Assembly (NCBI GenBank): GCA_040954595.2
Contig: CM082591.2
Location: 8,812,001-8,876,000 of the forward strand
Source of the DNA: Balanoglossus misakiensis
Lineage: Eukaryota; Animalia; Hemichordata
Direction of reading: 5' to 3'
Length of the DNA stretch: 64,000 nt
Notes under the pieces: generated by a model
Told to the model about the DNA's origin: nothing
The model's database searches: none
The model's input: the letters and a program-made list of their open reading frames with translations, nothing else
Made by a program: the position numbers and the translations under genes
In this document: one piece after another, positions 52,701 to 64,000 of the stretch
Numbering within the stretch: the first letter of the stretch is position 1
Layout: every line of letters starts with the position of its first letter

Positions 52701-55700
52701 TTATGTACTTACTGCAGGTGGGGCTGATGGTGGGATAAATCGTCGGCCATTAACAGAAGATCTCAGAGCAGGATTCCCAGAGAAATGAAAATTAATGAAA
52801 TGTTCTTCGAAGCCGGCACCACCAGAACTCTTGGGGACTTTAGCATGGCCTGGAGCCTTGAACCCAGATATTGGTATGCAGGTGCTGTATTGATTAGCTG
52901 GATGGTACCTGTCATGACAATTTTACATCAAGTAATATATGTAAGCAACACTTGAAATGAACTTCAACACCACCACTGTTTGAAAGGCCTACGGTTGTCT
53001 TATGCACATGTGCATAATTTTGAGTTTATTGCGTCCTATTCAAATGTTCTGCAAATTTTGCTTTTGATGCATTTAAATAGTTGACTGCCTTCGCTTCCTT
53101 CAATATTTCATGCACACTGTATAAGTAGACTCTAGTTTTGTCCCTTCTTTTCACCCAATATGCTGTCTTTTCCCGATCTCCGAAACAGACTATGGTCGCT
53201 GCCATCTTGTCTGTTGTTAGGACAGCACACTGCCTTATGGCATTGACTGTATATAATTTTTGTAACCAGAGTCTCCGGTTTGGCACATGCGCATAAGACG
53301 ATTGTCGCCCTTTAAAGCGATTTCCTTAACAACATGTTACTTTACGTTTTAATGGCATTACTGATATAAATGTAAGTTTCAGAACAGATTCGAAAAATTC
53401 CCAGTCACCCACCAGGGCTTTGGTTATGGATGTAGCCGTGTGTAGGTGGTGGATAGTAGTACATGCACTTTAATCAAAGGTTTGGTTTGGAAATATGGTT
53501 TAGTGGTAAGCGTTAAAACAAGTAAAGAATAATTTGAATGTCTAATGATTACGAACCCAAAGGGACAATTGGCAACATGACATGGTTCCGTAGCTGTGCA
53601 GACATCGAGTTGAGTGGTAGGAAATGCAACTGGCGCGCTTTCATAATGCAGTATAGCTTCAACATGACCAAAGTTCACTCTTTCCTACAAGATAAACGAG
53701 AAAAATAGACAAGCTTAATGGGACAAATTCTCTTTCTCCCGTTTATGTTATTCTACGTGTGGATATATAGTGAATCAAAGTTCGACCACACACAACTTCC
53801 ATCCCCTTCGTATGATATGAGAGTAAAATTGCGCCCAAACTCTCGTGTCAACAAGTGGGGTGGAAGTTGTGTGTGGTCGAACGTTGATTCATTATATATC
53901 CACATGTAGAATAATATAAACGGTGTCTTGTATTAAATAATAACACATGATAGCGAGGGCAATATCACGATTTGAAGCCTGCACGAGGGATGGTGATCTC
54001 TGACTACAATATTGATGATGCCCGAGCCGCAGGCGAGGGTATCATCAATATTGTGGTCAGAGATCACCAGCCCGAGGGCAGGCTTCAAATCGTGATGTTG
54101 CCCGAGCATCATGTGTTATTAATTTTATTACGCCGAACATTTGAACGTACATACAAGGCAGGCATAGAAGAACGTAGACGCGCGTCCATATGTCGTACGT
54201 TGCTGAGAATGTAAAATGTCTCGATCTCCCAAGAATTATACGATACCTACTTCGAACTTAGATTATTTTGAAAATACTGCACTGTTGGTTGCGATTTTGT
54301 TGTATTTACTGTCCGTTTGTGGTAAAATATCGTCCAGTTGAACAGGTGTTAAGCCTACATTGTATGTGTCGCTTTGAAGCCATAGATGCGGGAGTTGACT
54401 GATAGTGGAGGAAGCCATTGAACGACAGTTTGGAACGCGCAGAAGTCGCGCGCAGAACACAAAACAACCCAGCGGGCAATATCAGCGCACGCGACAGGGC
54501 TTTATCAACTCTAGCCATGTTATATCACTTTTTTTTCTATATCACGTGAGCGCGTCTCAGCCAATCACGAATATGGTATAATACGTGAGGTGTAATAATC
54601 AAACATAATGAATAGAAAAAAAGGCAGAGAGAAAGACTTTGTCCCTTTACTTGACTTGACTCTTAAACATGATTAAATAGTACCAGTACGACGGCTGTGC
54701 ATCACGTGTAAAATTACTCATGACACTAAATCCACAAAGCTGGATTTTGATCTGTGCGTCTACGTCTGTTGTGTACTTGTTATGACAGGTTATGGTGATC
54801 TCGACTCATGTATTGCTCTGAGTGATTGGCATGCATGAAATGAGGACACATGAACAGGGTAGGTTTTGGATATATGCACGAGCCTTCAACTGATTCTGCT
54901 GACGTTATTCAGCGCTGTCAACAAAATCCTCCCACTTATTTCGCAAACAAATCAATTATTCATTCATTCAATTAATCGATCGCTTGATCGATCGATCAAA
55001 CGACCGATCGATCGGTCAGTTAGCCAGTCAGTCAGCCAGCCAATCGATTGACTGTCAACAAACTTAATCGATCGATAACCTGTTCGTTCGAGTAATGGAT
55101 CGATGAATAGGAAAGTTGGTAAAATACAAATTACTTACATTCTTTATGTTGTCCACCTCAAGAGTGTCTGCTCGTATCCAGTAATTTGACTGCGGTTTAT
55201 TGCTCTCAATATAGAAGTCAAATCTCTCTCCGGTATGAATTATAATAGATTCCACTAATTGAGGCGTCACGTAATTTCCATCGGTTGCAAATACATGAAG
55301 ATCGTGACCGTCAATTGAAACACGGAAGGCGTAGATCATCGCAGCGTTGATCAGCCGAAACCGATAAAATTTCCTAAACTTAACAGTGACAGATTCCAAG
55401 GGAATGACTGTGTTTTCAGCAATTCCATTGAGATCGTAGTGCCAGCCTGTGGGGAAAATGGGATTGAATGAATCGCCCAAGGTTTAGCAAACAACTTCAT
55501 CACATGAAAGTAAATTTTAATAGTCCGGCTGGTTTAATTTATTTTTTCGAATCTCTTTAGGGCAAATTTTGCCATGTTAGGTCAAAACCTCTGTTTGAGA
55601 GAAACTGTTAAATTTCTCTAATCTATTCTTTGCTATGATGTACTAAGGAAACATAAACATCGCTATGGGCATTTTAAATTATTCTTGTAATGAATGTCTA

Positions 55701-58700
55701 CTTTCTCGATACCTTGCACCACTACTCAGCGGTGATTTAAGATGATTCTGTTGAAATTGTCATTTTTTTCTCTCATTTCTTTCTTGGACCCGGTAATTAG
55801 CTTACATTGAATGGTATTGATTATTGGACCTGATTTCATGTCTTATTCAAAATGTGAAATTGCAAGCATTAAATCACGGTTTACCTTTTCCATTGATTAA
55901 CCCTGACACAAACGGAGTCACTCCGATTTCTGTGCCATCTAATTGTCGCGTTTGGTAGAAACATTGTGCTGTGTTACTGTAGCCGGGAGTGAATCTACCA
56001 ATAAAATAGTAGTTGTCGACTATTATAATATTATGACATGAGGTAGAACGTCACGTGATATGATTAATAGTTCCTGAAGGAAAACAATGAGACTTTAATT
56101 GAAACTGCATCAGCTCACATAGTCTAGAATCCAGACTACAGTATTTTTCGCTATGCTCCACATATAGTCTAGCCTTGTTGTCTAATTCTTAAATTTTTGC
56201 TATTTGCATGTCAAAGGACTTTAACCATGGCGACTCAGATCATGATCATGGCCTCTAAGAAGTAAATTATAACCTGATCTACTATTGATTGGCTGAATTA
56301 ATGAGCAGGGGTGTTTTTCAATATCAGTGACCTGAGTTGCAATGGTTACAGTCCTTTGACATGCAAATACCAAAAATTCAAGAATTAGACGACAAGACCA
56401 GACTGTGTGGAGAAAAACACACAAGTCTGGATTCTAGACTACACCTCAGCATCAGTGCGCCCTCTAAGCCCATATGCTGCACCACTGACACAACAAACTC
56501 ACTGATTATCCACACTACAGTCAAGCCTGTGTTAGTGGCCATCTCTATACTGAGCTCACTACTTACCATGTGATCAAGATCATGACATCTTATGGGTCAA
56601 TTACAACTTGATCTTCTACTGATTGGCTGCATTAATGATCAGAGGTATCAGCCAGAACGCAACGCCTTCATTAACATATGCAAATGAGGAATCTGATTTG
56701 AAAAACGAGGTCGTTACACTGAGCCCCGAAAAGGGTGTCTGAATTGGGTCATTTTTTCCCGAACTTTGGTCATGAACCGCTATCAACAGCGTGTGTTCTG
56801 AGTAGTTTTGTTGGTTTTATTTAAAGGTACATATATCGAACTATATCTTCGGGAAATTTTTTGATGATTAATGCTATAGTTTTAGAGAAATGACATAAAG
56901 TGCAGAGTAATGAAAATTCACGTTTTCGAAACATGCGTCGCTAAATTCTTGAACGGACTGTTGCACCAAGTTCTTTTAGAAATCCGATGTAATATTTATA
57001 AAGTGAAGACATTGGCTATGGAAAGCCACAGCTGTCTTAAGTCCATTGTTACCATTATATGATGCCCATACATCATTATACGACGCTCATACATCTTTAT
57101 ACAATGTGCATATATCATTATACGCTGTGCATACATCATTATACGTCGGTCATTCACCATGATACTATGCCCGTTCAACATACAACGCAGGTTTGGCTTT
57201 ATACTATGCAGACATGTCATTATACTATGCTATTACTAACCGCAATTCCGTCAAAGAGGGCGTGTGATGACCTTTGACCTACTTTTTTAAGAACCTGCAT
57301 ATACATGATATATGCATATATAGCTTATACTACCTGTTCTAAATGTACCGGAGTTCTGATTTTTGTGCACATGGGTATTCTCCCTGCCAGGACCTACCCC
57401 AAATATTTTGGTAATTTTGGCAATGACCTTTGACCTACTTTTGACACATCGTTTTTTTTCTGCATATCCAATTCCAGGCTAACTTATAGGGCTAGAAGTT
57501 TGGTTTTTGATGCAGGTGAATTTGTATGTGATCAAAATATTTTGCTACTTTTCAGGACCCCTTGACCTCTGCTGACCACATTAAATATGTGCATACCTAA
57601 TTACAGGTGAATTAATAGAGCTAAAGGTTTTGGATATGGATTAGTATGGGGCCACAATTTTCGCCCAAATTTTGGCTGACCTCAGATGACCTTTGACCTG
57701 CTTTTGCATATCTCGGTATCCAAAGCAGATACAGCCTTGACGTTTGGAGGTATGGCGCCATAATGAAAAGCCAACGTTTTGGGTCACCTGTGACATGTGC
57801 TTAACTCATTATTTATGTGCATACCTAATTCTAGGCGAACCAATAGGGTCTGGTTTTTGTTGGACCCAGACTAGTATGAGGTCCAATATTTTTGCCCAAA
57901 TATGGGGTGACCTCAGGTGACCTTTGACTTACTTTCCCATATCTTGGTATCCACAGCAGATACAGCCTTGGCATATGCTGGTTACCATGGGAACCGCTTG
58001 TGCCCCGCAAAGGCTGCTTGCAGCTTTAATTAAATCTGTACTTGTTATGGATGACATTTTTCTCACCCAAAAAATGTTTATTCAAGCCGAAAATTACAAA
58101 ATATTATCTTTTTATCATCGAAGTACGTTTTTCGATGATAAAATATGTATTTAACAATTTCCGATGTGAAAAAACAGTGATTTGGTGCCAAAAATATCAT
58201 ACATAACATGTCGAGAGAGTTTGATCAAATATATTCATATTTTTACAGAGTTATAAAAACTTATTTTCATACTCGTACTGCAGATGCCAAACCGCGATGG
58301 TCGCCCGAAAATGCTTAACTACTTTCGGTCTCCTGAAACCGAATCCGAATCCGAGACCGAGACCGAAACCGAATCCGAGTCTTACTTCAGTATCGTCATG
58401 TGTATGTTACGCCCTCTTTGACGGAATTGCGGTTAGTAATAGCATAGTATAATGACATGTCTGCATAGTATAAAGCCAAACGCGCGCCGTATGTTGAACA
58501 GGCATACTATCATGGTTAATGAGCGACGTATAATGATGAATGCACAGCGTATAACGATGCACAAGCAGCGTATAAAGATGCACAAGCAGCGTATAAAGAT
58601 GCACAAGCAGCGTATAATGATGCACAAGCAGCGTATAATGATGTATAAGCGTCGTATAATGATGTATGGGCAGCGTATTATGATGTATGCACAGCGTATA

Positions 58701-61700
58701 ATGATCGCACATTGTATAGTGATGTATGAGCGTTGTATAACGATGTACGACCAGCATATAATGTTGTATGCACATCGTATAATGATGTATGCACATTGTA
58801 TAATGATGTACGAGCAGCGTATAACGATGTATGAGCGTTGTATAATGAAGTACGACCAGCGTATAATGTTGTATACACATTGTATACTAATGTATGCACA
58901 TTGTATAATGATCTACGAGCAGCGTATAATGATGCATGAGCGTCGTTTAATGATGTATGGGCAGTGTATAATGGTAACAATGGACTTCAGACAGCTGTGG
59001 CTTTCCATAATTGGCCCTTCTTCCCGTGAAGTTTGTATACTTTCCGGGGCATATTAACGAAGATATATGACGATTTAAATTTGTTTACTTTTTGCCGTGA
59101 CGAGGCCATTTTCAGTGGGAAATGGCGGTAGTTTACAGCGTAGGCGGCCATTGTCGAGCGTTCATTGCATGCATGTGTATATTGTTTACGTCCCACTTGA
59201 AGTGTTGATAAATGCACATATTCGAAATGAATTCATTTTATATCGGCTATTTAAACTAGCATGGTACCTACTATTCTTGAAAATTAACTATGATCATTGA
59301 GATCTGCCTAAACTACGTAATTTTGGACGGTTTTAATAAGTTCGATGTACATATACAATACGGTACACACAAGGCTGGTTCAGCAGGCTTGTGTGTCCGC
59401 TTACGGCGATGCCTCCACATGTACATTATGGCCTTACAGATTTCGTCGACTGTGGTGTTTCACAAAAAAAAACGTCATTGAGCGATAAAACAAACGTTTG
59501 TAAAAATCAATCCGATTCTTTCAACTCCAAACAAAATCGCGTCAAACAGAGACCGCAAACAGCAACTGGGATACTTGCGTTGCGTATTTACTAAGTGCAG
59601 TGTTTACATCAACGGCCGGGAAACCTCGGGTCACGTGTAGGTCACCTGACGACTTCCGGGTAAAACTCCCCGTTTTTTAGCGAAAATTCTTGAACTGACC
59701 GTTGCACTTGTATCTTTACGAGCTTTTTTACACGGTCATTTTAAGTGTAGAAAAACCCACGTAACCCTGAAATCTGTAAACTTTCCGGTGCATATTATGG
59801 AAACTGGAAGCGAAAAACTGGACCATATTTTCGACCGCTGAAGTAACCTTCGGAAAATCGCCGTAATATCAATATTTCAGCAAATAATTCCGAAATCCAT
59901 TTGAATGGCACGAAATAAGACATGTCAGGGGAGGTTTTCGCGTTTACATGATTTAAAATAAAGCACTCTAGCGAAAGTTACGGCAAGTTGAAAATGCCTA
60001 AAAAAACGGTCTGTGAGCGGCCATTCAAAATGTAACGTCCTGATCTGGATAGGCGATAATATGCTAATGAAGGTGTTGCGTTCTGGCTGTATCGCTCAAT
60101 ATCAGTGACCTGTGTTGCGGTGACTCACCGCTGCATTTCCCAGAGGATTCGATTATTTATGTCTATAGAGGGCTCTCTCATCCAGTCATGTAGTTGAAGA
60201 ATAAACTCCCCTTCGAAATCCGGAACGGGTTGAGTCGCTCTCTGTGACATAAGTGTACATAAATATACAAATGATGAGACAATAGAAATTTCGAGAGAAC
60301 TTTATAGCACTCCTTATACCCAAATTACAGTTGTTTGCAAAGCTATTGGTATGCGGAAAGTTTGCAGACGTTTACGTCTCGTAAAAATGTTCATTTGATA
60401 ATTAAGTGCAGGCTTAAAGGGAGAAATTCTCTCTCCCGCTGTCCTTTTCCTATTAATTATGTTTGATACAAGACACTGTTTATGTTATTCTACATGTGGA
60501 TATATAGTGAATCAACGTTCGATCACACACAACCTACATCCCGTATGTAGTAAAAAAAAGGAGTAAAAATCTCGCCAAAATGAATAAACGGTAAACTCCG
60601 ATTATTCATTTCCATGAGTTTTTCACTCTGGTGTCTACAAGTCGGATGGAAGTTGAGTGTAGTCGAACTTTTATTCACTATATATCCACATGTAGAATGA
60701 AATAAATAGTTTCTTCTATCAAACATAATTAATGGTAAAAGGGCAGCGAGAGAGAGACTTTGTCCCTTTAAACAGAAAACTACGTACCCTTTTACGATCC
60801 GAAACCTGGTCTTCACTTTCCAAGACGATCAAAGGTCCGTACAAACCATCGGTCCGTTGAACCCCAGCATGTGAATGATACCAGTGAGTTCCAGGAGGCG
60901 TTGCCAAAAATCTGATAATGCAAAACACGGATAGAAATCAAAGTTGCGCTTATGTTTAAAGCTTCTAGATCTGCCACTTTCCGCATTTTTTATGATTTTA
61001 TTTTCCAACTTAGATAGGTACATCGAAATAAGCATACTAATAGGTAAACATCAACATCTCATCGACGCCCGATTGTGGCTGTATGTTGCAATTTGAACAC
61101 GCTATATTAAACAGATGTCGCACACATTTAATATGCTTAAATGCAGGGAAGGTTAAACTTTGCATCAGAAGTAATTACCCAAGTTTGTGTGGGTTGCGCG
61201 AAACAAGAACAAATTAAACCGATGACATATTCCGAGAAGTTTGAAATAATTCATAAAGATCATTGGCCATTGCACTTGCTGTATCTGACACTTCTTGATA
61301 AGCATGTAAATACTGACATAAAAAATAATTTCTGTCAGTTCACGAAGTGTTGGCGTAGCGACATATCATGAGCATTCTGTCATGTTGAGGCCTCGAATGG
61401 TTTGACGCTTGAAATTCCGGGTAGATTATAGACTACGGGTACTTATCGAATGTACCCCGGCTTAAAGGTGAAGCTAAAACCTTCCTAGGCATATGATAAT
61501 GTAGAATATAATATACCTCATGCTAATACTGTGCCGTGATTCGCCAGAATCCGTCACGTGATAGGAAAATAGAATCGACTATGAACCGCTAGGGAAATAG
61601 CAGAAAAAATATAAACCGATCACGTGACCAACGTGGTCACGTCAATCAGCGTCGCGTCGTCTGACACAATGGCCACCGCTGAAGATGTCGTCTGCCAGCC

Positions 61701-62635
61701 TCAAGAGAAAATTGCAAGATTTTCCCAGCTGTTAGCATGAGGTTTATTATAAAACACCTAAAGCCTGGCCTATATTCGGGCCATAGCAGCCGTTTTTACC
61801 CCCTCGTGACTGTGAGTTACCAGAATCATATGCTATTTCCCGCGGCCGCTATGGCCCTCATGGCCAGGCAATAGGTGTTCAATATAAGCTTACCAGTTAT
61901 TGCCACCGAAATAAGTATAAGCGCGATAGTAAAATGAGTGATATGATATGAGAAACATTGATGGGTTAAGAACATTAATTTTACATTCAGTGACATCGAC
62001 GATAATATTGCTTACCTGTATGTGAACGTCTCTCCTGGGTTAATAAGACAATGAGAAACTGATGCAACACCATCCATCCACGGAGTACCTTTTTGGACCA
62101 TACCGTGCCAGTGTATAGATATTCCTTCAGTTATCAACCTGTTTGTCACTCTCACAACAACCTATTGATAGCAAATTTCTATGCAGTTGTAGTCATTAAA
62201 AGGGATATTACCTATAACTTTTACCGTTATTTTGAGTATTTTTTTTGTGTGTATCAAGTGCAACTTCCTAGCCCTGCTCTACGCCAAACATGTATGCTAA
62301 TATACCAAGTACTTCACATGTCAACGTAGCCGGTAGATTTTTATTGTTGACAAATGAATTCTTTTTTCTCGATGTTTTTGTGTTAACACTTTGAGATATC
62401 AAACAAAGAGTGTCTCGGATTTATTTTAAACCAACTAGCTCAATTTTTATGACACGAAAACTTGATGTAAGGATATACAAACGGCAAAGTTCTTCAAAGA
62501 ATACTTCTGAAGAGCAAGTGCCAAATTAATTTACCCGAGTGCCGTCTCTCACAACGATTGGAGGTCCAGGTAACTGACCATTGACAACAATTGCAGTACG
62601 ATATGAACCATCGCCGGTCTGAACTTGGTCTAACT
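46688..62635 (-). CDS. Laccase-like multicopper oxidase gene, 12 exons in window, 5' exons not found (probably beyond 64000)
   Basis: Phase-consistent GT-AG exons 62635-62535, 62161-62016, 60911-60806, 60241-60129, 55994-55885, 55446-55139, 53684-53557, 52908-52713, 49864-49723, 48655-48368, 48269-48102, 46761-46688. All four Cu motifs present: [29 protein letters not shown]. Confidence 0.93.
48102..48269 (-). CDS. Laccase exon (L4 motif)
   Basis: [24 protein letters not shown]...CGNF; candidate donor G|GTGAGC at 48101. Confidence 0.88.
48368..48655 (-). CDS. Laccase exon (L3 motif)
   Basis: [18 protein letters not shown]...[23 protein letters not shown]. Confidence 0.93.
49120..49604. mobile_element. 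TTAA-TSD MITE (Kolobok-like)
   Basis: TTAA|AGGCACATAAGCTGCAACT ... AGTTGCAGCTGATGTGCCT|TTAA. Confidence 0.85.
49723..49864 (-). CDS. Laccase exon
   Basis: [47 protein letters not shown]; AG/GT borders. Confidence 0.88.
49957..50307. mobile_element. Palindromic TTAA-TSD MITE (AGGGACAAAGTC family, Kolobok-like)
   Basis: Whole element is an imperfect ~350-bp palindrome flanked by TTAA; family copies at 45367-45590, 48290-48328 (end only), 53719-54646 and 60418-60767. Confidence 0.88.
51039..52563 (-). mobile_element. CryptonA-type tyrosine-recombinase transposon, internally deleted
   Basis: Ends TTAAATAA.../...TATAATAA shared with 53933-54598; subterminal hairpin; carries the recombinase remnant. 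Confidence 0.82.
51326..52306 (-). pseudogene. CryptonA / DUF3504-type tyrosine recombinase, frameshifted and lacking the catalytic C-terminal part
   Basis: 244-aa ORF 52306-51572 with KNT, FY.EVR..GE.Y..SL, FCRRGRE, TKNHQ, CPV; frameshifted continuation [24 protein letters not shown]; jumps to tail [15 protein letters not shown] with AATAAA at 51317-22. Confidence 0.85.
52713..52908 (-). CDS. Laccase exon
   Basis: [12 protein letters not shown]...[32 protein letters not shown]; phase-consistent. Confidence 0.85.
52985..53311. mobile_element. Degenerate TTAA-type MITE
   Basis: AGGCCTACGGTTGTCTTATGCACATGTGC ... GCACATGCGCATAAGACGATTGTCGCCCT|TTAA. Confidence 0.55.
53557..53684 (-). CDS. Laccase exon
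   Basis: [18 protein letters not shown]...[14 protein letters not shown]. Confidence 0.88.
53719..54646. mobile_element. Palindromic TTAA MITE interrupted by a non-autonomous Crypton
   Basis: MITE sequence GTCTTGTA|TCAAACATAAT is split by the 53933-54598 insertion. Confidence 0.75.
53933..54598 (-). mobile_element. Non-autonomous Crypton element, 666 bp
   Basis: Same termini as 51039-52563; ~185-bp subterminal palindrome with CGAGGG/CCCGAG motifs; no TSD. Confidence 0.8.
55139..55446 (-). CDS. Laccase exon (cupredoxin domain 2)
   Basis: [30 protein letters not shown]...GERFDF...NYWIRA. Confidence 0.93.
55885..55994 (-). CDS. Laccase exon
   Basis: [37 protein letters not shown]. Confidence 0.88.
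56120..56441. mobile_element. MITE with TAG...CTA termini
   Basis: TAGTCTAGAATCCAGACT ... AGTCTGGATTCTAGACTA. Confidence 0.65.
56649..60089. mobile_element. Non-autonomous TIR element with 3-bp TSD (Academ-like), containing nested insertions
   Basis: TAT|CAGCCAGAACGCAACGCCTTCATTAACATAT ... ATATGCTAATGAAGGTGTTGCGTTCTGGCTG|TAT; the rejoined empty site aligns with the paralogous sequence at ~56307-56340. Confidence 0.8.
57017..59009. mobile_element. Non-autonomous element with 6-bp TSD and TAT...ATA termini (IS3EU-like); long TIRs with 21-bp subrepeats
   Basis: ATTGGC|TATGGAAAGCCACAGCTGTC ... GACAGCTGTGGCTTTCCATA|ATTGGC; arms ~57017-57263 and ~58409-59009. Confidence 0.8.
60129..60241 (-). CDS. 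Laccase exon
   Basis: [25 protein letters not shown]...; GTGAGT donor. Confidence 0.85.
60418..60767. mobile_element. Palindromic TTAA MITE (AGGGACAAAGTC family)
   Basis: TTAA flanks at 60414-17 and 60768-71; palindromic body. Confidence 0.88.
60806..60911 (-). CDS. Laccase exon (L2 motif)
   Basis: [29 protein letters not shown]. Confidence 0.93.
61508..61888 (+). mobile_element. Short Crypton-like non-autonomous element
   Basis: Start ATAATATACCTCA...GTGATT...CACGTGATA resembles the Crypton end at 52500-52563 (reverse strand); hairpin AACACCTAAAGCCTGGCC...GGCCAGGCAATAGGTGTT near the other end. Confidence 0.45.
62016..62161 (-). CDS. Laccase exon (L1 motif)
   Basis: [49 protein letters not shown]. 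Confidence 0.95.
62535..62635 (-). CDS. Laccase exon
   Basis: [33 protein letters not shown]. Confidence 0.9.
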
Positions 62636-64000
62636 CTGCAAAATACAAGCATTCGGAAACATAATTAATATTAAAAACACATTCAACACATGGAATCATT
62701 ATTTAGTTTCCATAGTTAGTATACGTCAATTTAATTTTATCAAATAGCTAAGAAGTTCATACTATCATATCTATAGACTTCTGTCTTCCCTTTTAGAGAA
62801 ACTCCCTTCCAGTTTTCGATTGTTGAATGACCCCCCCCCCCTTTGATTCGTCCGACCCCCACGCCCTAAATAATGACGGCTCCCTAATGACGTTGGTATA
62901 TTAATTTTTATCAACGGCGATATCTAGCTTTTCCTCCGCATTTTGTCATTTTCATTTTTGTTCATTCAGTTTTCTTCAGCCTAAAGTGTCGGCAGTTTGT
63001 CCTGTAGAATATTTCCCTTTTCCTAGATTATTCTGTTTCTCTGTTGCTTTGTTTTTCCGCCAGATCTGTTAGAGTTTTTTCTTTATGTATTATGTATGAC
63101 AGCATGCACGTGTTCTGCCCTTAAATGCACATCTTGTCACGAAATCTCGGGAAACACTGCGAATACTTTAAAGGTTCAGCACCTAAGAAAGCACTCTGGG
63201 GAAATTCCCACAGAAATCTGCAGCGTGGTAACGTGAACGAGCTTTCGATGACGACTGTCACTGAAGCGCCGACTTGTGCGTGGACAGAATACGCACTTGT
63301 AAAGCTGTGCTTGGGCGACAGATCACCCGTCCCAACTCAGACGGACCGAATAAGCAATAGCACCGAAAAATAGCTACGTAAACCCACCGATCTAGCAATC
63401 CAGCCTCACAGAGGCACAGTACTGATGCATAGAAATGGAGTTGAACGTAAATAAACGCAAAATAGCGGTAGCCAAGAGATTGGATCAGGAGAACACGAAG
63501 CGCACTGTTAGCTACAAGACGGCTACCTCAGAAGTGACTCAGAAGGTGGGAAAGATTTGCCTATACATGTATGTGCACATGACATGTGACCTAGTCTCCG
63601 CCCCTCAATGGGTGAGTGACATACCATGCACGGGGACCGTGTACCTGAAAATCAGGGATAGTGCCTATTTTACTCAATCACCTGCAAACCCATACCATGA
63701 GCCCCTCCACACCATTGGGTTACCAAGCGCGCATGTAATGTCAGGTATTTCATGACAACTCCCCCACCTAGACCTGTGTATGTCCTCATGCACAATTGGT
63801 TGTCAAAATATTACTTGTCATATACTTAACTGATCCAACCTCAAGGTTAACAAGGGTAAGTAACCCTTCTGTCCTGTCAACAACTAAATCCAGAAGATTA
63901 GTCCAGTCAATACCGTCACAAAAATGTAACTGTGGATACCACATCCTTCTAAAAGTATAAAGCTCGTCGTTCAGTCAGCCATCGTGAGGAACATGCCATA

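Noticed and set aside
53933-54598. Helitron interpretation (A|T insertion, no TSD, hairpin)
   Set aside because: No 5'-TC or 3'-CTRR termini, and the ends match an element encoding a tyrosine recombinase.
58407-59057. His/Tyr- and Met/Arg-rich ORFs
   Set aside because: Translations of the 21-bp repeat inside a transposon arm.
62640-64000. Further upstream laccase exons or a gene in ORFs 63125-63755
   Set aside because: No laccase-like or other recognisable peptide found by eye; treated as intronic.

Overview
AT-rich, repeat-dense animal genomic DNA (probably a marine invertebrate; the species cannot be determined from the sequence). Layout: (1) 1-10.24 kb is a structured (GAT)n satellite; (2) 10.3-24 kb holds repeats, tandem duplications and decayed exon-like pieces; (3) 24.4-28.6 kb is a near-intact PIF/Harbinger-type transposon with 263-bp inverted repeats, a DDE transposase and a divergently transcribed spliced Myb/SANT-like gene; (4) 34-39 kb holds orphan, partly disabled exons (a MED25-like 3' end and two cbEGF exons); (5) 41.0-41.85 kb is an intronless, disabled ORF fusing a SINHCAF/FAM60A-like zinc finger to an F-box, next to a ~170-bp repeat array, and is the most unusual item; (6) 46.7-62.6 kb is a minus-strand laccase-like multicopper oxidase gene (12 exons seen, 5' end not found) whose introns carry MITEs, nested elements and Crypton tyrosine-recombinase elements, two of which have their hairpin cores in opposite orientations. 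All homology calls are by-eye motif recognition, not database searches.
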